Assembly (NCBI RefSeq): GCF_009914755.1 | Contig: NC_060943.1 | Length of the DNA: 64,000 bases | Direction: 5' to 3' (one strand) | DNA from: the human T2T-CHM13v2.0 reference genome, Homo sapiens | In this document: positions 46,201 through 64,000 of the stretch, piece by piece | How positions within the stretch are numbered: position 1 is the first letter of the stretch | Layout: each line of letters starts with the position of its first letter | Notes under the pieces: generated by a model | What the model saw: only the letters and a program-made list of their open reading frames with translations | What the model was told of the DNA's origin: nothing | Databases searched by the model: none | Position numbers and translations under genes: made by a program

Positions 46201-46775
46201 CCCAGCTCCTTCCTCCCTGAGATCCAGGAGTCCAGGCCCCCACTTCCTTCTTCCCTTAGGACCTGGAAGTCCAGCTTCCCAGCCTCCTGCACCCTCAGAG
46301 TCGTCTCCTGGGCCCTCAGTACTCAGCCTGCCCACCCTGAACCAGAACAGACCCCCTGCTCCCCTCTTCCCACAACCTGATTTCCTGCTCTGGGCTCCTT
46401 CGTTACGACCCAGTGTCCCGGCCCCAGGCTCTCCACTCCCTATTCTCCTTTCCTAGTACTCAGCAGTCCGGAGCACTCATCCTTCCTGTCCTTCCTCAGG
46501 ATCATAGAGTACAAACCCTCAGCTGTCTTCATTCAGGAGGAGTTCTAGTCCCCAGCCCCACCTTCACGAATCCAGAATTCCGTTCCCCCATTCCTGTCGG
46601 GAATGGAGTGCGCGGTCCAGGCCTCCGGACTGCAGCTGCAAGTTCCCCAGCAATGGGAGCGGCCTGGGCCGGGGAGGTAGGGACCCCCGCATCTGAGCGC
46701 GGCACCCACCCTACCCCCACCACGCCGGCGCCAGCACCAGAAGCCACAACAGCAGCGCAGCGATACCCGCGACAT
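43206..46775 (-). pseudogene. CYP2T1P: Unprocessed cytochrome P450 2T pseudogene with all 9 exons (older name CYP2T2P)
   Basis: Exons about 46775-46600, 46069-45907, 45489-45340, 45174-45016, 44798-44637, 44546-44408, 44311-44126, 43603-43465, 43386-43206. CYP2 motifs LPPRPRPLPLLGNL, GAPFDP, GVTETTSTTL, MPFASAKQMCLG. Lesions: frameshift after ATG, TAG at 46713-46711, lost exon 3 donor, 2-nt deletion in exon 4, stops in exon 6, ExxR changed to EIQC, lost exon 9 acceptor. Confidence 0.9.
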
Positions 46776-47204
46776 GCCTGCAATTCTCCACGCCTGCACC
46801 CCTTCACCTCTATTTGATTTCCAAGGGGTCTTAGGGGTGGAGCGGGGCGGAGACCCGATGTGGGAGGAGTGGGCGTCTCCGGGCTGCTCATTCCGTGGAT
46901 TCCCCAACCCGACGTCTCCACCCCGCCCCCAGCCCTAGTGGAGCTGTGCCCTGGCTCCCCCTGGCTTTTTTTGTGTGTCTGCCTCAGCCTGTCTTACTTA
47001 GCAACTTTCGTGCACCAGCATTTTCATGGCAACACACCTGGACAACAGGTGCACCCTCCTGAGCCCCTAGCACCTTTGAGTCCAATTTACTTGGCCTGTA
47101 AGTGTGTATTCCTCAATCTCCGGGCCACCTCTGGGTCCCCTGAACGCTGTACCCTGTACCTCTGATTCCTAAATACACACCGACTCTCAAATACACCACT
47201 TCTG

Positions 47205-56079
<8,875 letters not shown>

Positions 56080-57300
56080 TGAGCGGATTTGGCAAGTGGA
56101 ATTAGGATGAGGAATGTAGGTAGAAATTGGGCCAGAAAGACTCTGATTCCTGCCCTCACCAGCTGAGAAGGGCATGAAGGCTGGACTCTTCTTGAAGGAC
56201 TGATTGGCATCCAAAAAATGCTCGGGGTTGAACTCCTGGGGCGTCAGGAACTGGCTGGGGTCGTAGTGGACGGTGTTAAGGAGGGTGATGACATCGGTGC
56301 CCTGTGTGGGTGAGGAGGTGGACTTAGCAGTGTAGGAGGGCTGGGAGGCTCCCAAACTCCTTTCCATTGTATTGGGCTGGGTGTCCTGGGGACTTGATAA
56401 GGGGTGGGTATAGGTGGGTATAGGACTCAATCGGGGGCCAAGGAAATATGTGTGGGTGTCTAGGGTTCCAAGTGATGGGTGCTATATGCTGTATTATTGG
56501 GGACTTTGGCAGGGATGTGGGAAACCCCCACCCTTTGTGGGAGCAGATGTGGGGTTTCTGGGGAAAAGGAGGGGTCCCTGAGAATAGCGTTTAGGCCCAG
56601 GGGATCCTCCAGATGAAGTTCCACACCCCAGGGCTTCCAGGGAGGGGTTCTAGGAAGGGGATTTGTCACGGTGAAGGGGTCTAGTCCAGTATGATATGAG
56701 ATGGGGTCCTGGCAAAGGCCTGAGCTTCTGGATTTAAGGGTCTGAGATGTCTGTAGCTAGGGCTTGGGATGCCAGTTGCTAAGGCCTGGGGTGTTGATTG
56801 CTAGTGCCTGGGATACTGCTTGCGAGCTGCAAGAGCCTGGGATGCCTCCTCTTAGGTTGCCTGATGTCGTTTGCCAGGCCTAGCGCACCTTGGGTATCAG
56901 GAAGCCGTGAAAGGCCGTGTCCCTAGTGATGCGGTGCGGCAAGTTCATGGGGATGATGTCTGCAAAGCGCTGCACCTCGTGGATCACCATGTCTGTGTAA
57001 GGCATGGCCGCGCGGTCCTTCAGCGCTGGCAGCCGCACGTGTCCCACCACAAGGTTGATCTCCTCCTGCACGTGGGCTGGAGGGGAAGGGGGAAGTGGGG
57101 TGGAGGGTATCAAACCAGGCTGGGAAGAGGTGTGTCCGTATGTGGGGAGGGGTCTAGTCAAAGCCTCCCAGCGCTGGGCGCCACTGCTGGGGCGTATGTG
57201 AGAATTAGCTAGAGCTGGCCGGGCGCGGTGGCTCATGCCTATAATCCCAGCACTTGGGAGGCTGAGGTGGATGGATCACTTGAGCCCGGGAGTTTGAGAC

Positions 57301-58286
57301 TGTAGGGAAAAGAAAGAGAGATCAGACTGTTACTGTGTCTATGTAGAAAAGGAAGACATACGAAACTCCATTTTGATCTGTACTAAGAAAATTACTTTGC
57401 CTTGAGATGCTGTTAATCTGTAACTTTAGCCCCAACCCTGTGCTCAGAAACACGTGCTGTATGGAATCAAGGTTTAAGGGATCTAGGGCTGTGCAGGTTG
57501 TGCCTTGTTAACAATATGTTTACAGGCAGTATGCTTGGTAAATGTCATCGCCATTCTCCATTCTTGGGCACAGTGTACTGCGGAAAGCTGCAGGGACCTC
57601 TGCCCAAGAAAGCCTGGGTATTGTCCAAGGTTTCCTCCAACTGAGACAGCCTGAGATATGGCCTTGTGGGAAGGGAAAGACCTGACCATCCCCCAGCCTG
57701 ACACCAGTAAATGGCCTGTGCTGAGGAGGATTAGTAAAAGAGGAAGGCCTCTTGCGGTTGAGATAAGAGGAAGGCCTCCATCCCTTGCATGTCCCTGGTA
57801 ATGGAATGTCTCAGTGTAAAACCCGATCATACATTCCTTCTGTTCTGAGATAGGAGAAAACCACCCTGTGGCTGGAGGTGAGCTATGCTGGTGGCAATGC
57901 TGCTCTGTTACTCTTTGCTACACTGAGATATTTGGGTGGAGAGAAGCATAAATCTGGCCTACCTACACATCTGGGCACAGTACCTTCCCTTGGACTTATT
58001 TGTAACCTGGATTCCTTTGCTCACATGTTTTCCTGCTGACCTTCTCCCCACTATCACCCTGTTCTCCTGCCGCATTCCCCTAGCCGAGATAGTGAAAATA
58101 GTAATCAATAAATACTGAGGGAACTCAGAGACTGGGGCTAGTGCAGTTCCTCCGTATGCTGAGCACTGGTCCCCTGGGCCCGCTGTTCTTTCTCTATACT
58201 TTGTCTCTGTGCCTTATTTCTTTTCTCAGTCTCTTGTCCCACCTGATGAGAAATACCCACAGGTGTGAAGGGGCTGGCCCCCTTCA
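57301..58286 (+). mobile_element. Solo HERV-K (HML-2) LTR, older LTR5A/LTR5B type, inserted into an Alu
   Basis: Starts TGTAGGGAAAAGAAAGAGAGATCAGACTG, ends GGGGCTGGCCCCCTTCA. TSD GAGAC at 57296-57300 and 58287-58291; AATAAA at 58107-58112. The Alu halves 57217-57300 and 58287-58500 are contiguous in the consensus. Confidence 0.92.
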
Positions 58287-58324
58287 GAGACCAGCCTGGG
58301 CAACATGGTGAAACTCCATCTCTA

Positions 58325-58609
<285 letters not shown>

Positions 58610-60164
58610 TCAGGGAGGCCTGGAATCCAGGACCTGATGGGATTTCAGGAGCAGTTTCGGGACCCTACTTGCTGGACGGTGGATCGAGTGGGTGGACTGT
58701 GTGGGAGGGCTGGAGATCAGAGGCAGAGCAGGGGTTATACCCAGAGGTGGAGCTTGGGGAGGTGGAGTAGCAGACAGAGCTCCGTGTGTGGGCCAGGCTG
58801 TGTGGGAAAGGTAGGGTTCCCTGGCAAGTGGGTGGCTGGGGCTCTGGGGCAGAGTTCTGGGAGGACTGTTAGCTGGGCTCTGAAGCCAGCATGCAGTGGT
58901 GGACACGGTGGGCACAAAGCAAGACTAAGCAGGTGGAGGCGGGAGCGGTGGCTCACACCTGTAACCCCAGCACTTTGGGAGGCCGAGGTGAGAGGATTGC
59001 TTGAGCCCAGGAGTTGGAGACCAGCCAGGGCAACACAGCAAGGCTCTGTCTGTACAAAAAATAAAAAATTAGCTGAGTGTATTGAGTGTGGTGGTGCACG
59101 TCTGTACTCTCAGCTATTGATAAGGCGGAGGTGGGAAGATCGCTTGAGCCCGAGGTCGGGGCTGCAGTGAGCTGTGATTGTGCCACTGTACGCCTGGGCG
59201 ACAGAGTGACTCTGTCTCAAAAACAAACAAAAAACTAAGCAGAGCTGGGTGCAGTGGCTCACGCCTGTAATCCCAGCACTTTGGGAGGCCGAGGTGGGTG
59301 GATCACTTGAGGCCAGGAGTTTGAGACCAGCCTGGCCAACTTGGTGAAACCCTGTCTCTACTAAAAATACAAAAATTAGCTGGATGTGGTGGTGTGCACC
59401 TGTAATCCCAGCTACTTGGGAGGCTGAGGCAGGAGAAATGCCTTGGACTCAGGGGGCAGAAGTTGCAGTGAGCCAACCGAGATCATGCCACTGCACTCCA
59501 GCCTGGGTGACAGAGCGAGACTCTGTCTCCAAAAAACAAAACAAAAACAAAAAAACCAACAATTAAGCGGGTGGGATCTGGGTCGGGATTCAGGCAGGCT
59601 GCGTGGACCTCGTGGGCCACGTGGTGGGATTGGCCTCCGTGTGGGTTTGTGGGTTTGGCTGTGGAATCCTGGTGCCAGCAGGAGGCTATATCAGACCTGG
59701 GAGGCGGGACTGGAGGTGGGGTCGTGGTTCCCTGCTCTGGGGTGAGGCTGGAACACATGGGCACCTCCACGCTGCTGTGTGGGTGGGCCTCACCTTGAAC
59801 TTTCGGGTACTTCATGAATGCCAGGAAGGCGTGGCGCAGCGTGGTGCCCACCGTCTCGGTGCCGCCAAAGAGCAGGTTATGTGTGGTCATCAGCAGGGTA
59901 TCCATGTGGAAGTGGCTTAGCGGGTCCTCCTTCTTCTGCCGTGGTAGAGGGGTGGGGATATGAGCCAGGGATGGAGACCCCTTCACTCTAGACCAGTACA
60001 ACTGCTGCTGGGGGCCCATTCAGTCCCAGCTGGGTTTAACTTTCTTTCCCTGGGAGAGCTGGGGAACGCAGAAGGGCAGGGCAGGGAAAATCTCAGCTGC
60101 AGGGCCTACAATTAACTTCTTGGATAGAGCTTGAATGACTTCTTGTTTTTTTAAAAAATACATT

Positions 60165-60432
60165 TTATGTATGTATGTATGTATGTATGTGTGTATGTAT
60201 GTATGTGTGTGTATGTGTGTATGTATGTATGTGTGTATGTATGTCTGTATGTGTGTATGTATGTATGTGTGTATGTATGCATGTGTGTATGTGTGTATGT
60301 ATGTGTATGTGTGTGTATGTATGTGTGTATGTATGTGTGTATGTGTGTATGTATGTATGTATGATGTATGTATGTGTGTATGTGTGTATGTATGTATGTA
60401 TGTGTGTGTGTATGTATGTGTGTATGTATGTG
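60165..60432 (+). repeat. Compound (TGTA)n/(TG)n microsatellite
   Basis: About 270 bp of nearly uninterrupted alternating purine-pyrimidine, abutting a - strand Alu monomer. Confidence 0.95.
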
Positions 60433-61489
60433 TTGTAGAGACTGGGTCTTACTATATTGTCCAGGCTGGTCTCGAACTCCTGGACTCAAGCGATCCTCCT
60501 GCCTCGGCCTCCCAAAGTGCTGGGATAACAAGCCTGAGCAACTGCCCCCTCCGCCCTGCCCCACCTCCTTTGATGACTTCTTAATGAGCTGTAAGTTGGC
60601 GGTGGCTGCGAGTGGCTCCTGGCTCCAGCCCAGCTGGGCCAGATGCTTCAGCTTCTCCAGGGAGAAGGTCCCCCAACCCTGCCCCATCTGGGGTCCCTGT
60701 GGGTTTGAGGCAGGGGCAGCAGGAGAATTTCAGGTCAGACTAGAGGTGGGATTTCCAGGTAGGGATTACCTCTGCCATCTTGGTGAGGAAGCAGTGGATG
60801 AAGTCCCGGGGAGATCTGGGGTCTAGCGAGGCCTGGTGGTCGTGGACGCTGTGGGCGATGAGGTCTCTCAGGCACTTGAAGTTCTGGAAGATGCGTTGGT
60901 GCGGCCCAGGCACCCAGTTCAGGAGGCTCGGGAAGATGTCGTACAACTGGGGACCAGACAGAGTAGGAGGGTTTTGGAGGAGGACGAAGGGTGTTCAGGG
61001 GCGAATGGGGTCAGTGTGGATTAGGTAGGCAGGGACAGGGTCTCAAAGGGCAGCCAGGTCCGGGGTGGGGGTTGGGGCTGAGGGGGAGTGGGAAGGAGGC
61101 AGTGGCGGCCATAAATGCTCAGTGGGGGGGAGTGGGCGTGGCCGTGTAACTCTGGGTGGGGTCAGATGGGAGGGGGCGGGCCCTGGGCGGGCCATTCACA
61201 GCCCTTTCCCCGCCCACTGTTTCCTCTCCATTCCTAGATCCTGCGGACCCCACACCCTGCCCCTGCTGGACTCAGTTGGCTGACCTCGCCCCAGGGGCTG
61301 CTCATGATTTGAAAGTTGTCATTGATAAGGCGGATAATGGTGAGCAGACGCTCATCATCATAGTCGAAGCGGCTGCCGAAGAGCACGGAACAGATAATGT
61401 TGGACCGTGAGCGACTCAGCACAAACGTGGGGTCAAAGGGCTCGCCTGAGGGTGAAGAATGGAATGGGTCAGGAAGACGCGATGTGCAG

Positions 61490-62607
<1,118 letters not shown>

Positions 62608-62872
62608 TCAACACAGCACCCAGGACACAATAGCACAGCCCAAAAAACCAGATCTGGAGTTAGATGGACGCGGTTTGAATCCTCGTTGGTCTCTTAGCCT
62701 TGGTGTGACTTGGGCAAACTGACTTCCTTTTTCCGAGCCTCAGTCTTCTCATCTGTAAAATGGGCCTGATGGCACTCCTCTCATCCTGGGGCTACTATAA
62801 GGAGTCAGTGAGTGTGTGACTGGGAGTCAGTGAAGGGCCTGACCCATTGCAAGGCTGTTACAGATCATGGTG

Positions 62873-63660
<788 letters not shown>

Positions 63661-63664
63661 CCTC

Positions 63665-63784
63665 TTTTTTTAAAATTAATATTGCCACATTATTTTAAAT
63701 TATGTACAAAGACCTAACATGTCACTCAGGGACCATTTCACCCACTGCTCTATTTAGCCGCCAGTCTCTTCAGCAATGGTGAGG
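63665..63784 (-). pseudogene. Processed pseudogene fragment of an RPS4X-type mRNA (last codons, 3' UTR and short poly-A)
   Basis: The - strand reads CCTCACCATTGCTGAAGAGACTGGCGGCTAAATAGAGCAGTGGGTGA AATGGTCCCTGAGTGACATGTTAGGTCTTTGTACATAATT. This resembles the RPS4X C-terminus (LTIAEE..RLAAKQSSG*) and UTR as I recall them, with a short deletion. Confidence 0.75.
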
Positions 63785-64000
63785 GTTTGGTGTACACATT
63801 ATTTCATCACCCAGGTAATAAGCATAGCACCCGATAGGTAGTTTTTCGGTCCTCACCCTCCTCCCATCTTACCCTCAAGTAGGCCCTGCTGTTTGTTGTT
63901 CCCTTTTTTGTGTCAATGTGTAGTCAATGTTCAGCTCCCACCTATAAGTGAGAACCTGTGGTGTCTGGTTTTCTGTCCCTGCATTAGTTCACTTAGGATA
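63781..64000 (-). mobile_element. L1 (older L1PA/L1PB-type) 3' UTR running off the window, lacking its own terminal ~70 nt and tail
   Basis: CATCACCCAGGTAATAAGCATAG...GCTCCCACCTATAAGTGAGAAC...GTTTTCTGT matches the antisense L1 3' UTR. Confidence 0.85.

Noticed and set aside
60135-60826. Cys/Val/Met/Tyr- or His/Thr-rich ORFs
   Set aside because: Translations of the (TGTA)n/(TG)n microsatellite.

Overview
Human genomic DNA, very rich in Alu repeats, recognisable as the 19q13.2 segment at the edge of the CYP2ABFGST cluster. The + strand carries, in order: the last ~80 nt of the SNRPA (U1A) 3' UTR with part of its autoregulatory PIE element, MIA (4 coding exons, 131 aa), RAB4B (7 coding exons plus a UTR-only exon, 213 aa) and EGLN2/PHD1 (5 coding exons, 407 aa). 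The - strand carries a decayed 9-exon CYP2T pseudogene, tail-to-tail with EGLN2, and a CYP2F1-like pseudogene of which only exons 4-9 are present; those exons still splice into one open frame. I spliced all three coding genes by hand and each gives the expected protein length. Mobile elements include a solo LTR12, a solo HERV-K LTR5 inside an Alu, a 5'-truncated SVA, and many Alu, MIR, L2, MLT1 and L1 pieces. Almost all entries in the ORF track are Alu or low-complexity artefacts. I found no wholly new biological system. The best unexplained signals are: a decayed copy of EGLN2 exon 2 inside its own intron; an octamer-motif array with a palindrome in the EGLN2 promoter; an apparent L1/RPS4X template-switch retro-chimera; a locally templated insertion splitting an Alu; the frame-intact CYP2F half gene; and a chain of weak poly(A) signals consistent with readthrough. 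Gene names and literature context are from memory, not from a database search.
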